64,000 nucleotides of DNA, from positions 115,630,001-115,694,000 of the forward strand of contig OZ024740.1 in NCBI GenBank assembly GCA_964016885.1, given 5' to 3'. Shown in pieces: positions 1 to 16,762 of the stretch. The DNA comes from Eledone cirrhosa (taxonomy: Eukaryota). Positions within the stretch are counted from its first letter, which is position 1; each line of letters begins with the position of its first letter. The notes beneath the pieces were generated by a model, which made no database searches, was not told the origin of the DNA, and saw only the letters and a list, made by a program, of their open reading frames with translations. The position numbers and the translations under genes are program-made.

Positions 1-390
1 CTCACTCAATCTCTGTTTCTCCCCTTCTCACTTCCTCCCGTTTGGCACGTAGTGGGTTCTCTTCTTGCTCACATCTCACTCACGTCGGACGGTCTGTATC
101 TTGATCGCTCATGAAATCCACCCAGCTTATGCAGACCGGATAACCATGTTGCTTGTTTATTCCCATCTTTGAGTTGCTTTCATCCTTCTATGTTGTCACT
201 TGTCTCACTCGCTTTACGCGATTTACTTGTCCCAATAGCTTTTTTTAGTTATTGCTCGCACCAACCTGAAGAAAAAGATTTTTAATGCGATGAAATATCA
301 ATGATGGTTGGTAAATCACTGACGAAGGACTAATTTTATCATATGTAACCCATGTGCAACCACGCAGTATTCTTCTTTCTTCTCATGTTT
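1..390 (+). mobile_element. 3' end of a (TA)n-abutting repeat with a degenerate hammerhead motif; homologous to 21320-21680 (minus)
   Basis: Shares blocks such as tgtctcactcgctttacgcg and gatttttaatgc.atgaaatatc.atgat with the reverse complement of 21340-21600. ACCAAC-CTGAAGA...GAAA...GTTGGT at 260-312. Ends at (TA)n. Confidence 0.6.
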
Positions 391-492
391 TATATATATA
401 TATATATCTTCCTGCTATATCAAGCGTTAATCTAATATATCCCTTCCATATACTGTACCGATTGTGTTGTTATTTCTGTTTCCCTTTTACAT

Positions 493-565
<73 letters not shown>

Positions 566-1090
566 CATATATGCACATGCGCACACATACACACACACAT
601 GAATATATACATATGTGTGCGTTTTAAAAACCTAAGGTAAATAGAACTACCGTTTTAAATTCGAAATTTTCCCTAGGGAAGAATGAAGTTTACATATCTA
701 TATATATTTTGCATAATATAAATTTATTGCAAAACAAAATATCCAGTAGAAAAACATATTGCACCCTACGAATAAAAGAGCGATTTAATTGCCCCTCACG
801 GATAAAAGGACAAAGATATGCCGCGGGAATGGCCAGCGGCGCCCGCTGCAACAGCCACCCCAGCTCACGGGGATCTTTCCTGTGACAGACTACTGTCTTT
901 CCGATTTTACGAAGGAAATTAGCAATGTAGGGACCAAGGACACCATAAATCTCGATAGTGACCGGAATAATGTATGAAGTGTAAGCAATTTTAACTATTC
1001 TAGGGTAGACGACAAGAAAACATCAACGAATATTCTTCGCACAGCACTCATTTAATGAATCTATTTCGAAACATGTGAAGTGTCTACATT

Positions 1091-1153
<63 letters not shown>

Positions 1154-1529
1154 TCACTCTCTCTCTCTCTCTCTCTCTCAATCTCTGTGGGGGTGGGGGT
1201 GCAGACACCTTTCTGGGTATTTACCTAAATATTTGACGTACAAAATTCAATTGAAAACAAAATAATTCGTTCGTTAACGTTCAATAAGTTAAGAAAAGAC
1301 AACTCTTTTCTTAATTTATTAAGAGTTACTTCCCTCGTCTATAGCGTGTTACCGTTTTTAAGTAGTTTATTTAAGTCCTTTATGGTTGTTCGACAGGCTA
1401 AACATAGCAGCCAATGTATCTTCATATTACAGGTTTCTATTCTGAAAAATAAATAGTACGCATTAGATAATGTACTCCTAGATACACTATTTTGACTAAA
1501 GGGTGACTTACTCTTAACCGGAAACAAGG

Positions 1530-1802
1530 TCCTCGTTTGCCTTAAAAATGTAAGGGGGACAAACCAACATTTGTTGATTCTTAAAGGAGCATGTTAGTAT
1601 TGCTTAGGGTGCCTTTACCGGACCCTATCACATAAGTAAAATTTTACGCTACGCTAATTAAATTTTATGTATTCAAATGATATAAAAAAAAAATAAGCTT
1701 AAAAAGAATTTATTATATCAAATAAACAAAAAGTAATACATAGACGTCTGAAAAAGTGTGTGGGGGGGGGGCATGTCCCCTGGTACCCCCCCTGAAACAA
1801 AG
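1530..1802 (+). repeat. Dispersed repeat, second copy at about 56700-56953
   Basis: Near-identical blocks gtttgccttaaaaatgt.agggggacaaaccaacatttgttgattcttaaaggagcatgttag through gtccc.tggtaccccc.tgaaacaa at both loci. Confidence 0.8.
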
Positions 1803-2223
1803 CCCTTGGCCAGAATATATTTTATTATATGCCTGCTGAATTAGGAATGACTAAATAACTAACAACATTCATCCTGATTAATGTATATAATTACTATACA
1901 AGCGATAATGTAGTCCTAGATACATTATGTCTCAATAAAGAGTGTGTATTTTATGTAGCTTACGAAAGGTATAATTAACAGTCAAATCTAAGCTTAGTAC
2001 TATACATGCACCTTTGATGAGTTGTAGTGCACCTGAGCACTGTACACAATAATTTCATTATTATTATTATCATTATTAAATAGTATTTATATAATGTAGT
2101 CCTAGACACATTGTGTCTCAATAAAAGATGGGAGGGTCATAACAAGAACAAATCTGATCATAGACCGGTTGTATCAGGACTGACCCCGTGCTAAACTACT
2201 ATAGACACAAATACTTCCACTCA

Positions 2224-2270
<47 letters not shown>

Positions 2271-2648
2271 CGCGCCTACATACCTATCTGTTTATCTACC
2301 TAAATATATGTTACACAAAAACAAATGATTTAACTGAAACAGCGGGAAAATGTAATAGAAATTAATTCAGCACTTAGTGACATGAAGTGAAGATAACTCT
2401 CGTAAAATTTGTCTACAGTTACTTACCCTGCTTACGCCTTTTGGTTTGTTTTCAATTAACTAATGAACGCAGTCAAAAAACTAGAAATAGTTCTCTGATT
2501 ATTCTTTGTATATATAATAGAATTGCTTAAATACCTCGCCATATATGTGTCTCTATTTTTGTTGTGGTCTGAAATAAATAATAAAATTTAAATATTTACG
2601 TGATAATGTTTATTACATTATTTTTTCTTTTACTTTTGTTTTTAATAG

Positions 2649-2861
2649 ATACCACAAGAACCATACGTGCTCTGCGATAACTTGAGGCGCAAAAAAAAGT
2701 ATGCAGTCAAGCCTGAACTGTATGCTGGAACAGTACAAGAGACTGAATCAAATGTCTTGCCGTGTGTTGACGTCATTAGCTTCTCTGCAAATCTAAAACC
2801 TGCAACAAAAAAATACACTACTCTAACACCTACCAATGAACTTCAACGAAGCCTTTGAAAG
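2649..2861 (+). CDS. Candidate exon of an unidentified host gene
   Basis: T-rich tract plus TAG acceptor at 2646-2648. Open frame IPQEPYVLCDNLRRKKKY...ELQRSL* and AAG|GTGAAT donor at 2861/2862. Non-repetitive sequence; protein not recognised. Confidence 0.3.
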
Positions 2862-2891
2862 GTGAATATTTTCTGTATAATGACAAGAATC

Positions 2892-3262
2892 TGTGAGCAC
2901 ATGGTTTAAGGGTTACAATGTTCGTTTCACGAGCGTTAGATGGTGTGTTCGATTCCCGGTAGTACATTATGTCCTTGAGCAAGAGATTTTATTTCACGTT
3001 TCACCAGTCCACTCAGGTTGGCAAAAATATGTTGTACCTGTTATTCACGTTACTCCAATCTTTTCAGCTGCCAAAAATAAGTTGTACCTGTAATTCAAAG
3101 GGCTAGCCGTGTCATATGCTAAATTTCTTTGAGAAATAATTTAATGGGACACGTGTCAGTAGAAGTTCACATGATCGTTGATTCCATGAGCAGGTGGTTC
3201 CGTTGTTCGAGCAACTAGAATGTTCGTTGGCGGGAGCGAAAGAGATCCAACACACTGATATC
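2892..3262 (+). mobile_element. Diverged tRNA-derived SINE with CORE-like body
   Basis: A-box-like catggtttaaggg, B box gttcgattcc, then gtccttgagcaagagattttatttca. Confidence 0.65.
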
Positions 3263-4192
3263 TGAGATGGTATAATATTTCGATGGTTTCTGAGATAGTT
3301 TAAATTTCCAATGAGATCTAAGATGGTATATTCTTCCAATGGTATCTGGGATGGGGGTTAATGTGCCTGGCACAACTGTCAGTCACTTGACTGACATCAA
3401 CCTCACCATGCCGAAACTTCTATACACCTTCCGTAGCGCCTCATGGTACAAATCATGCATCTCTCCTCACGGATCTCGACGGTGGTATCCGATGGGCTGC
3501 TGATAAGATATGCAATGTCTAAGGCATCATTGTAATAGGTTTTGCTTTATCAAATATATTTCTGTTAGAGGCGAGGTTAGAAATTCTTCTACCAATGTTT
3601 TTGACTAATTTTTTGGATCTACCTGTATGATCCAACATTGATAGAAGATTTTCATTCAGTTTTTTGTAAGAACTAGAGGAACATCTAGAAAGTTCATAGT
3701 GGTTAAGTTAGTAACTTTAGTAACTTTTAAGCCAAATGATTTAAAGGTTTGTATTATATCTTTCTTTAATCTATCTTGTATATGCCGAAACTTACGGATA
3801 GAAAAAGATCTGCAAGTGTGTCTAATAGGTATAACACAACCAAATCACATACGTCTGCGTTGTAAACGAGCCCATGCTAACGTCAAAGGGGCCGCTTGGA
3901 ATGGGTTGCTTTTTTTACCTATTCAGTGCCCGGAATGAAAAAGAAATTTCTCCTCACATGCATTACTATTCGACGACCCTTGCTATCTATGGGTTGGATT
4001 CTATCAGCGAAATTCAGAGCTCTGTCTAATAAATCCCTGGAGATTGAAGGGTAAATGTCCACAATGTCCCATTACATAAACCTGGTTCTTTCCTTGTCAT
4101 TGATATTGTTAAAGCATCTAATTACTTCCGAATGTTAGTCCACTGTGTCAGGTCAGTAGCCTTCCTAATATTGAAATAAATTTTCCTTAGTA

Positions 4193-4505
4193 GTGGAGGC
4201 GCATGGCTTAGTGATTAGAATATTGGCCTTACAATCGTCAGGTTGTGAGTTCAATTCCCGGACCAGGCAGTGTGTTGTGTCCTTAAGCAAGACACTTTAT
4301 TTCAGCTGTAGAAATCAGTTGCGACGTTACTGGTGCCAAGTTGTATGGCCTTTCTCTTGGACAACATCGGTGGTGTGGAAAGGGGAGAGTGGTATGCATG
4401 GGCGACTGCCAGTCTTCCACAAAATACCTTGCCCGGACTTTGTGCCTCAGAGGGGAACCTTCTAGATGCAAATCCCATGATCAATTGTGGCCGAAGGGAA
4501 TTTTT
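4193..4505 (+). mobile_element. tRNA-derived SINE with CORE-like body; same family at 61745-62045
   Basis: A box tggcttagtg, B box gttcaattcc, gtgtccttaagcaagacactttat. The body gacgttactggtgccaagttgtat...tggtatgcatgggcgactg is shared with 61860-62040. Confidence 0.8.
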
Positions 4506-4627
4506 ACCTTTCTCCTTAGTATGTTTTTTGCTAACTATACCAATTTCAGGTATAGGTGAATACCTGCCCTTACCAAGAATGCCTACGATACTTGTAATTT
4601 TTTGAAGCGTTCTAACATGAATTATTC

Positions 4628-4658
<31 letters not shown>

Positions 4659-4684
4659 CGTATATATGTGTATGTATCTATGTG

Positions 4685-4715
<31 letters not shown>

Positions 4716-4770
4716 ATGTGTGTGTGTGACTGTGAGTGCGTGTGTGAGTGTGAGTATGTCTGTGTGTGTG

Positions 4771-4807
<37 letters not shown>

Positions 4808-6116
4808 CATGAAATCCTCTAAGCAAAGCTAATGACTCTAGGATCCTGCGGTTTCCGTCTATTCTCTCACAAATTCTATCTAAATACCCAACTGCACGTC
4901 TACCTCATTCTATTTTGAACCAGAACAAACTAGCTTATTTTGGCTATCTCTTTTATTTGTTTACTTTTACTTTCTTATTTTTGTTTTATTTTTGTTTTTG
5001 ATAGTTTTTCGTTTTTGTTTTGGGGCTTCCCTAAACATTATTCATTATTCTTCAGATAAATTTCGTGTTAGGTACATATGAGCTTCTTAGACGTCTCCAG
5101 TTGGTGCCAAATTAATACGTTAATTGGTTCTGGCGCACTAATGTGCGTTGTGTACATAGTTACATACATACACATACACACACACACATACATACACATA
5201 CAAACATACATACATACACACATATATACATACACATAAATACATAAATACATACATACATACATGCATGCATGCATACATACATACATGCATGCATAAA
5301 TACATACATACATACATACATACATACATACATACATACATACATACATACATACATACATACATAATATATACACGTGTGTGTCTATATATATGTGTGT
5401 GTATATATACATGTATGTGTATACTGTTGTCAATTAACTAAACTCCTGCGAAAGTAAACAAGGGTAACGAGATACATACAAATCAACAGCTAATGTAAAG
5501 CAATCTATAATAAATTGAAGCTAGTAATTTACCTTCATACTTAAATTAGACACACACATACTCTCTCTCACACACACACACACACATTCTCACACATACA
5601 TACTCACATACACACACATACATACATACACACACATGCACACATACTCACATACACACACATACATACATACACACGCATATACTCTCACACGCACATA
5701 CATACACACGCACACATTCTCACACACACACACATACTCACATACACACACAGACATACATACTCACATACACACATACTCACACACACACACACTCATA
5801 TACTCACACATATACACACATACTCACACACACACACATACTCACATACTCACATACTCACATACACACACACACACACATACATACTCACACACACACA
5901 TACATACATACACACATACTCACATACACACACACACATACATACTCATACCCACACACATACATACACACACAAACATACTCACACATTCGTGTCTACT
6001 CATGCCCACCCACACCTATATATGAACGCACCCACAAATACATCCGCAGCCACTCATTATTGCCATTGTTAATTTCAGACGCTAATTATTGCTAATTAAC
6101 ACATATAGTCAGTGTT

Positions 6117-6185
<69 letters not shown>

Positions 6186-6193
6186 TCGCTCTC

Positions 6194-6228
<35 letters not shown>

Positions 6229-6255
6229 CTATCTATCTCTCTCTCTCTCGCTCGC

Positions 6256-6300
<45 letters not shown>

Positions 6301-6315
6301 CTATCTATCTATCTA

Positions 6316-6354
<39 letters not shown>

Positions 6355-8169
6355 CACAAATGTGGGCACATCCATCACACCACACCACACCACATCCTAG
6401 CTCACACACACCTAGCACTAAACAATAGCGCACGCACACACACACATACACCACCTCACACACTAATACAAATATGTAATACACCTTAACATATATTTAC
6501 GCCAAATTAACGGATGATAAGACACATGTATACATATATAGACATATACACACACGCATACACAGCCGTTAGCTTCCAAATGTTTAAGAACTGTTTCGCT
6601 TCATTGCCAAATTCTTTTAAATCCTATTCACTAAATAACAAAGTTTGAAAAACAGATTCTAAATAAACAATTTCACTTCAAAACATTAAAGTGTCAGCTG
6701 AATTTTCACTGCGTAGATAGGCGGGGGTCATCTGAGACTGTGGCTTGGTAAACATAATTTATCCGTGTAAGTCTTTCTTCAGTGTCCAGCAAAATATTAA
6801 CTGCTTTTCATTCAAAAAAATAAAAGATTTCACAGCCGCGAACCGATCCTAGCTCATGACAGCACAAATCCACATATACTAATTTGCATATATATATATA
6901 AACCCAACTATAAAAGGTAATCCTTAGAAACAAAAGAAAGGGGTAGTTTCTAAGGAAGAAACAAAGCGCTAACAATGGAATTTAAATAACAAGAACAATA
7001 ACTTACGGACGTTTAGAAAATCTGGAACATTTTCAGTTCCATTTACGGACTGAATTTGTAGAATATCATGTGGTCGTCTGGCTTGCATTTAAAAACAAGA
7101 CATCTTTTTCTGGTCATTACTTAAACACGTAATACCGCTTCTGAGTACACAATTGATTCTAGATACTGGTCTAAATTTATAATTTGGGTAGAGAAGTCGG
7201 AGGTTTCGATACAGACGACCATAATCGTTTTGTTTCTCATTGACTTTGAATGGAAAGTTCACGTCCGCTAGATAGTACGTCTTCTTTAATTTTCTGTCCC
7301 AAACAAATCTTCTTATTTTTTAGACTTTTGTCAAAAGGATTTCAGTCGGTACATCAGTCTAGGGCGAGGAGAGTCAAGAAGGTGACGCATGAATATCTGA
7401 TGTCCCACCCACCCGCCTAAAATAACGTCTCAGCATCTTTGACAGAACACATGCCCTCCCGTTCTAAAGCAGCTTTGTTCCATCTTGTAAATTATTTTTC
7501 AGATGCCCTAACTGCAGATTCCTATCGTGGCCACAGCCGAGGTGGGCAAGATGGTTTCTGATATAGCGCAATATTTACCGTTGCTTGGCACTCGTTGGGG
7601 GTGTCCATCACAGCATCCCAACATTCCAGTGCTTGAGGCTTATGAGGAAGTAGTTGATGCTGCTGTTATTCCCGTGTATTTGTGCTGAATGAAAGAGATA
7701 GTGTTTATAATATCACTGCTTAAAGTTTATATTGTATCTGTTGCTCTTATTGTTATATCTTATGAAACGTTTTATATTTATGGAACATTTTGTTAAATGG
7801 TGTTGCTTTGTTGTATCTGTGTATTTCGATTTATAAATGTTAATCTACATTTCGCTGAGTAATTGCTTTCATATTTCATCACGTGCATGCAGTATTTATT
7901 GGACTGCGTTTGTCTATGACAATTTTTGTACGCGGAATTTTAATCGTTCTACCAGAATTCCTTTCATGACCCGCTCGTCTTCTTCTCAAGCATAATATTT
8001 GTGATATTCTTTTAACTAATCTTATTCCTCTGTTTTTTACGATGTAGCTACTGTTTCCAGCTGGTTTAACGACCTTCAATGTCCTTTTGCCAGCTAACGG
8101 TCACGAATCCAAGAGGAGCTAAACTCTCTGTTGATATTGGAATTCCTTCTCAAGTTTTCAGGAAATATA

Positions 8170-8480
8170 CTTTACGCGTGTGATCAGCAGTTGCCCCAAA
8201 AATGTCAAGTTACTATCTTGCAATGCGATATGATGTTTTTACTAAAACAATATACAATGCGGCCCATAGAAAACTGCCCTTGGATAAATATAGAACATAT
8301 CTCTATTATTGGATATATACATACATATAAGAAAGAATATTGGTGGAGCATTCTTATCAAAACTTCTGCCAATCGCAAACATAGAAGACCTGATATAGTT
8401 GGTTGGAACAGAAAAGAAAAATGATATACTCCTATAACGCTTCCTACACTGCCCATGTAAACATTTATTCCAAAATAATT
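8170..8480 (+). pseudogene. Degenerate restriction-like endonuclease region of an early-branching non-LTR retrotransposon (R4/NeSL-like)
   Basis: Frameshifted peptides VISSCPK, MSSYYLAMRYDV (RHD-like motif) and EYWWSILIKTSANRKHRRPDIVGWNRKEK (RPD motif). Confidence 0.65.
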
Positions 8481-8527
8481 GAGAAAGAGAATAATTACAG
8501 ACAGTCGCTTCAAAATCTTCAGCTGGT

Positions 8528-8790
8528 CTAATCATGTTGCAGTCTATTGCTCGAAAATTGGTTAACAGGATCAGCATAATTTGGTTCTTCATAATTTGAC
8601 GACTTCCTGTTTCCCAGGATATCAGACACAACCGAAGCAAAATCATTCCACCCTTCTTTTTCAACGCCAGACATGGTCTCCAAAAACTGCTCGGCTTGTA
8701 ATAGCCACCTAATCTGTGGCTCGTCAAACACACCTGCCTTGATTTTCTCACAAAAACGCCTAGTCTTCGCGGGTTTGATAAAATAACAGA
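8528..8790 (-). pseudogene. DNA transposase remnant, probably Sola2-like
   Basis: KIKAGVFDEPQIRWLL..EQF..TMS.VEK.GW..F..VV..ILGNRKS.NY, then after a frameshift LLTNFRAIDCNM. Matches the KIKEGIFxGPQIR...FLGN.K..NY...LGCNM pattern; superfamily assigned from memory. Confidence 0.6.
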
Positions 8791-8883
8791 TTGGTGACTG
8801 ACGCGAATAAGCCAACTCTGACAGGACTCACTGGAAGGAGTGTTTGAGGAGACGACCCTCTCTGGAAGAAGAAGAAGAAGAAG

Positions 8884-8914
<31 letters not shown>

Positions 8915-9126
8915 CTCCAACACCACACAAAACCAACTTTCCCGGTGTTATTGTTTTTGTTTTGTTTTTTGTTTGTTTTTTTTTGGTTTTTGTTTTTTTT
9001 TAGTGGTAAAGTCCCAGCGTCGAAATCTATAGTAAGACAGAGGAGGGGGGAAACAGAAAGACTGACAGACAGATAGACAGACAGATAGACAGATAGACAG
9101 ACAGACAGATAGACAGACAGATAGAC

Positions 9127-9161
<35 letters not shown>

Positions 9162-9194
9162 TAGACAGATAGACAGATAGACAGCCAGATAGAC

Positions 9195-9229
<35 letters not shown>

Positions 9230-9457
9230 TAGACAGATAGACAGACAGACAGCCAGATAGACAGATAGACAGACAGACAGTCAGACTGACTGACAGAAGT
9301 GACAATGTCGTAACGTAAAACCAGTGAAAATTCCTTTAATGGAAACATTTTTCTTTTTCAAATAATTAAATATTCGTACGTTGCTTGTTCATTCATATAC
9401 ACAGACACTGACACACACACACACACACACACACACACTGACACACGCCCACACACT

Positions 9458-9492
<35 letters not shown>

Positions 9493-9551
9493 ACACACGC
9501 CCACACACTGACACACACACACACTGACACACTGACACACGCCCACACACT

Positions 9552-9596
<45 letters not shown>

Positions 9597-9954
9597 GCAT
9601 ATAGGTCAGAGTAGCTTGGAATTGCGATAACAAACTATATAATAGTTGCCTTACTGGACACTTGAGTGGAAAGAAGTGAGAAAAGTTGAGTGGTGAGGGG
9701 TAAGAGGAGGTGGCTGGGAGAGAAGGAGATTATGAAGGAGGCGATTGGGGGGGGGTCTCAATGCTAGAGACATCAAGTTGTCTAAATTAAGAGAGAAAGA
9801 GAATATTTGCAGCGTATAACTTACTGTCGTCATGGAGACTAGAAGCCAATAGTTGCTGAAATAGCCTTGGCAGGCGATCGTGCAATATATTGCAAATATA
9901 ACATTTCCAATGACTATTTCTACTTAGAAACTTAAATATGTCTGCACATGAATA

Positions 9955-9985
<31 letters not shown>

Positions 9986-10535
9986 ATGCGCGTGAGAAGG
10001 AGTGTGTGTGTGCGCGCGTGAGGAGTGTGTGCGTGCGCGGAGTGGATGAAGGTTTATTTATGTGGTTAACTGTACACAATTCTATAGCCTCGTGTTAACC
10101 AATGCCTTGAATGTGAAATTTGGGAAATAGTAACTGCAGAAGCTCGAAATTGTATATATCAGGATCGATGGAAGCATTTCTGAATAGATGGGGGGTGGGG
10201 CAAATTTGGTCAATTTAGTTGTAGTGATTAGTTTAGCTCTTTGCACTCTAAACTGGCCAGACAATGTAAATTTGAGTCCATGTAGGTTATATAACATTTA
10301 CAGCTTTCAATAATGATAAAGTGATTATAACAAAATGACCTATGAAATCTGTCTTTGAATACACATACTAGCAATTGGTAAATAGTGATATGTGGAAAAA
10401 TGTTATATGACAAAAAAATGTACTATGAACTATCAAATATCAACCACTTCGATATGCGATAAACATATCATGCACATAAATTGTAGCGCATATACAATTA
10501 GATGTGTGTTTTGGTAGTTTGGTGAGAAAAATATA

Positions 10536-11171
10536 CTGTATGTGCCGGCGTACAAGTCTATCCTACGCATTGGTCGACCCCTAAAATTCTGAGGTGTAAT
10601 TTAGGCTTATATTCGCCGGATAAGATGACCCCCAAAAAATGAGACAGTACTATCGCCCGAACCATAGATGCACTTGCCATTGTTTATTTGCACAGAATAT
10701 AAAACATGGAAATAAACACTAAATAGTTGTAAAATAAAAATGCATGTGAAGAAAATACAATTTGTCAAATTTATTTTAAAGATAACAAAATGATTTAACT
10801 GAACTGTTTTATTAGTAAACAACATGCTACCACACCGGGAATTCATACGTGGTAAAAACCTAAAAATCCTTATCCTCATCTGACGTAAATATTAATGTTT
10901 CGTCAGTCAGTGTATCATCATTACATGGCGATACATTTTTATTTTCGGCCAGTTTTGTTTCGTGGTGAAAATAGACTTAACAAATATGAGATTCAGTAGG
11001 AAATAATTGTGGTAGGCTGCTAGAGTCATGGTAAGAAGTGTACAACGAGTGTTTCGCTGTTTACCCTTCAGTGATAAAAGTTCACATTTTATATTCGGCG
11101 GACAAGTCGTCCCCTGGTTTTGGAGATATATTTTAGGCTCCAAATGTCGACTTTTATGCCGGCATATACTA
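10536..11171. mobile_element. Tc1/mariner-pogo type MITE
   Basis: TA-flanked imperfect TIRs ctgtatgtgccggcgtacaagtc / gacttttatgccggcatatacta. Confidence 0.65.
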
Positions 11172-11194
11172 TAATTATTTGGCGTACGGATATA

Positions 11195-11485
11195 TCTATA
11201 TATCTAAAAGAATATCAGAGAATGTCTGTCTGTCTGACTCCCTAAAACTCAAGAACCATCCAACCGACTATTTTCAAACTTTACACATGTAATACTTATA
11301 GTCCTGTGAGTGTTTTGAGCAAAAGAAATTTCAAATGTTCAATGCCCTAGGGACCGCATTAGGCGATTTACCGATCTCTCTCTATAATTCTTACTCTTTC
11401 TTTTTAGATAGATACATAGATATAACGTTGCGCCCTTATAATATCTGTCTGTATGCCTGGCTGTCTACATTACGACATTATGACG

Positions 11486-11527
<42 letters not shown>

Positions 11528-11640
11528 TGTAACGTTTTTCGAAATATTTTCTTCTGCGTTCACAAATTGATTTTTTTTAGTTTCAGAAGATCCCGTTAAG
11601 GATGAAAGCAGCGATTCTTTGCTCAAACATTAATCTGTTA

Positions 11641-11718
<78 letters not shown>

Positions 11719-11722
11719 AGAT

Positions 11723-11782
<60 letters not shown>

Positions 11783-11938
11783 GAGAGAATTATATATTCG
11801 TGTACAGATATATTTGCATGCACAATAACAAAATATAAACAAACGTATTTATTTCACGAGGGTCGATAAGGATAAATATATATCAAATATATAAGAACCC
11901 TAGAACAAATCCCGAGCAACGCCGAGCCATTCTGCTAG
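11195..11938 (+). mobile_element. Non-autonomous Helitron
   Basis: A|TCTATATATCTAAAAG 5' end followed by a (GTCT)n tract. 3' cccgagcaacgccgag hairpin remnant then CTAG|T. No TSD. Confidence 0.75.
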
Positions 11939-11962
11939 TATATATATATGTTTTATTTCTAG

Positions 11963-12019
11963 CTGCTTGATGAGGTCAAAGTTGTTGAATAATGGTTATC
12001 ACCGAAATATATATTGCAG
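11963..12019 (+). ncRNA. Degenerate type I hammerhead-like motif in (TA)n-flanked insert 11950-12138
   Basis: CTGC-TTGATGA-GGT...ACC-GAAA-TATA-TA-TT-GCAG, followed by AATAAA. C3U variant with imperfect stem I. Confidence 0.4.
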
Positions 12020-12135
12020 TGAATATAAATAAACTAACTTAATTTTAACGTGTTGACTTACATTTCTTGTTTTTAAATTACTCCGGAGTAAACAGACCCA
12101 CCTGCGCACTTCGTTGAGTGCTCTAACCTGCAAAT

Positions 12136-12227
<92 letters not shown>

Positions 12228-12241
12228 ATATATAGAGAGAG

Positions 12242-15058
<2,817 letters not shown>

Positions 15059-15574
15059 ATAACCTTCGCTTTGTGTAGAAAATTACACTTTTCATATATA
15101 TATATATAAGGGTAGCCATTAGCAATAGGTAATTTTCCGAAAGTTAAAATGTTGCTGCTCCCATCATCCACTAATCATGTTCCAATTTACAAAGGCACGG
15201 GGTGTGCAAATTTTCAGCTCGATCGGACAACTGTTAAGCAACCCACAAACGCCTTGAAGTTGGAACAAAGTATTCGCAACGATTAATTCTGTTCAAAAGC
15301 GGTATACTGTTCCCTATCTCGACCATTTTCTTTTTTCTTCTTAGAGAAATTTATGTGGACACATTCAGGCAACCCCAGCAAATGTCTAAAAACGTTCCGA
15401 ATCAAATTTACCGATAGTTAATTTGAAAAATTCCTGAAATAACATGAAAAACTTAGAAATATTAGGTTTCCTAAATAAAGCACACAACTTCTATAAGAGA
15501 AACGCATTTTCATTTACAACAATAATTTTTATAGAATCAAAAACATTTGAACACTGAATATTGAACATTATTTT

Positions 15575-15870
15575 TGTGGCAGTTAATTTGCCTTTCATCC
15601 TTACAGGGTCGATAAAATAAAGCAGCAGTAATACACTGGCATAATTGCTGGTCTTGTGCCAAAAGTAGAAACAATTATTTTTGTGGCAGTATCGGTAGAG
15701 GGTCGGACGCCATGCGTTGACGCATAGAGTTACGGCCCTTGTCATTCTGAGTTCAAATCCCACCGAGGTTAACTTTGCCTTTCATCCTTACGGGGTCGAT
15801 AAAATAAAGTACCAGTAATGCACTGGGTAATTGCTGGCCTTGTGCCAAAAGTAGAAACAATTATTTTTGC
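15575..15870 (+). mobile_element. Two tandem copies (one 5'-truncated) of the major tRNA-derived SINE
   Basis: A box tggcagtatcggt, B box gagttcaaatcc, central gcctttcatccttacggggtcgataaaataaagtaccag, tail ggccttgtgccaaaagtagaaacaatt. Confidence 0.9.
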
Positions 15871-16189
15871 GCAAGAGAGGATTTAGTAGCAGTTGGATAT
15901 GATTTACGGTTTTCGGTAACAATCTGTAAAACAAATTGTTTCTTAGTTTCATCTTTTGTGAAAATGTTATAGCAATTCTGAACGAGTTTGATACCTCTTT
16001 CTGCAACATCATTCATAGCAACTGTCTTCTCAAGTTTTTCAAGTCCACTTTTGTAACTAGGATCATCCTTCCATATTGAAGGGTGTTTGTCGAGGAAATC
16101 GGAGCTAATAGAAAATCTCGTACCAGGAGTTACAAAAGACGAAAACTCGATGTTTGTAAAGGAAGAAAAGTCAGTTTGATGAAGAATGT

Positions 16190-16430
16190 ACCTCTCCTTT
16201 TATCATTTCTCTCCTTGCTCTCCTTTTATCCTTGCTCTCCTTGCTCTCCTTTTCTCATTGCTCTCCTTGATCTCCTTTTCTCCTTGCTCTCATCACTCTC
16301 CTTTTCTTCTTGTTCTCCTTGCTCTCCTTTTCTTCTTGCTCTCCTTTTCTCATTGTTCTCCTTGCTTCCCTTTTCTCATTGCTGTCCTTGCTCTCCTTTT
16401 CTCATTACTCTCCTTTCTCTTCTTGCTCCC
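16190..16430. repeat. Degenerate pyrimidine-rich minisatellite, unit about ttgctctccttttctca
   Basis: Directly visible tandem units. Confidence 0.8.
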
Positions 16431-16762
16431 CGTCTTCAGAAACAAGAGGACGGTCTGATCGAACCTATATATGAGGTCTGATAGTATACAGTTTATAACT
16501 GCTATAGATCAGACAATATGTCAATATGATCGACCTTCCGAAACAATGATATATATATAGGTAAAATGATATATATAGGTAAAATAACTTGACTTTGTTG
16601 TTTTTATTTTCATTGCTAATTTAATACCTAATATCTTACTCTGTATCTAAGGAATTAACTCAACGGATTGCTCGCCATCGGATTACATTGAGCTCTATCT
16701 ACGGTACGGACCCTATCGCCAATGGTAGACCACACTGAATATATATATATATATATATATAT

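Noticed and set aside
319-332. Second CTGACGA after the first hammerhead-like motif (also CTGACGA near 49235)
   Set aside because: No downstream stem II-GAAA.
3330-3500. Possible mariner transposase or end remnants (also 15110-15350 and 39130-39660)
   Set aside because: Too degenerate to support with motifs by eye.
8242-9348. 368-aa ORF on the minus strand
   Set aside because: Made of microsatellites plus off-frame transposon remnants.
15682-15765. tRNA-like A and B boxes
   Set aside because: SINE heads attached to a repeated body; no complete cloverleaf, so not called tRNA.
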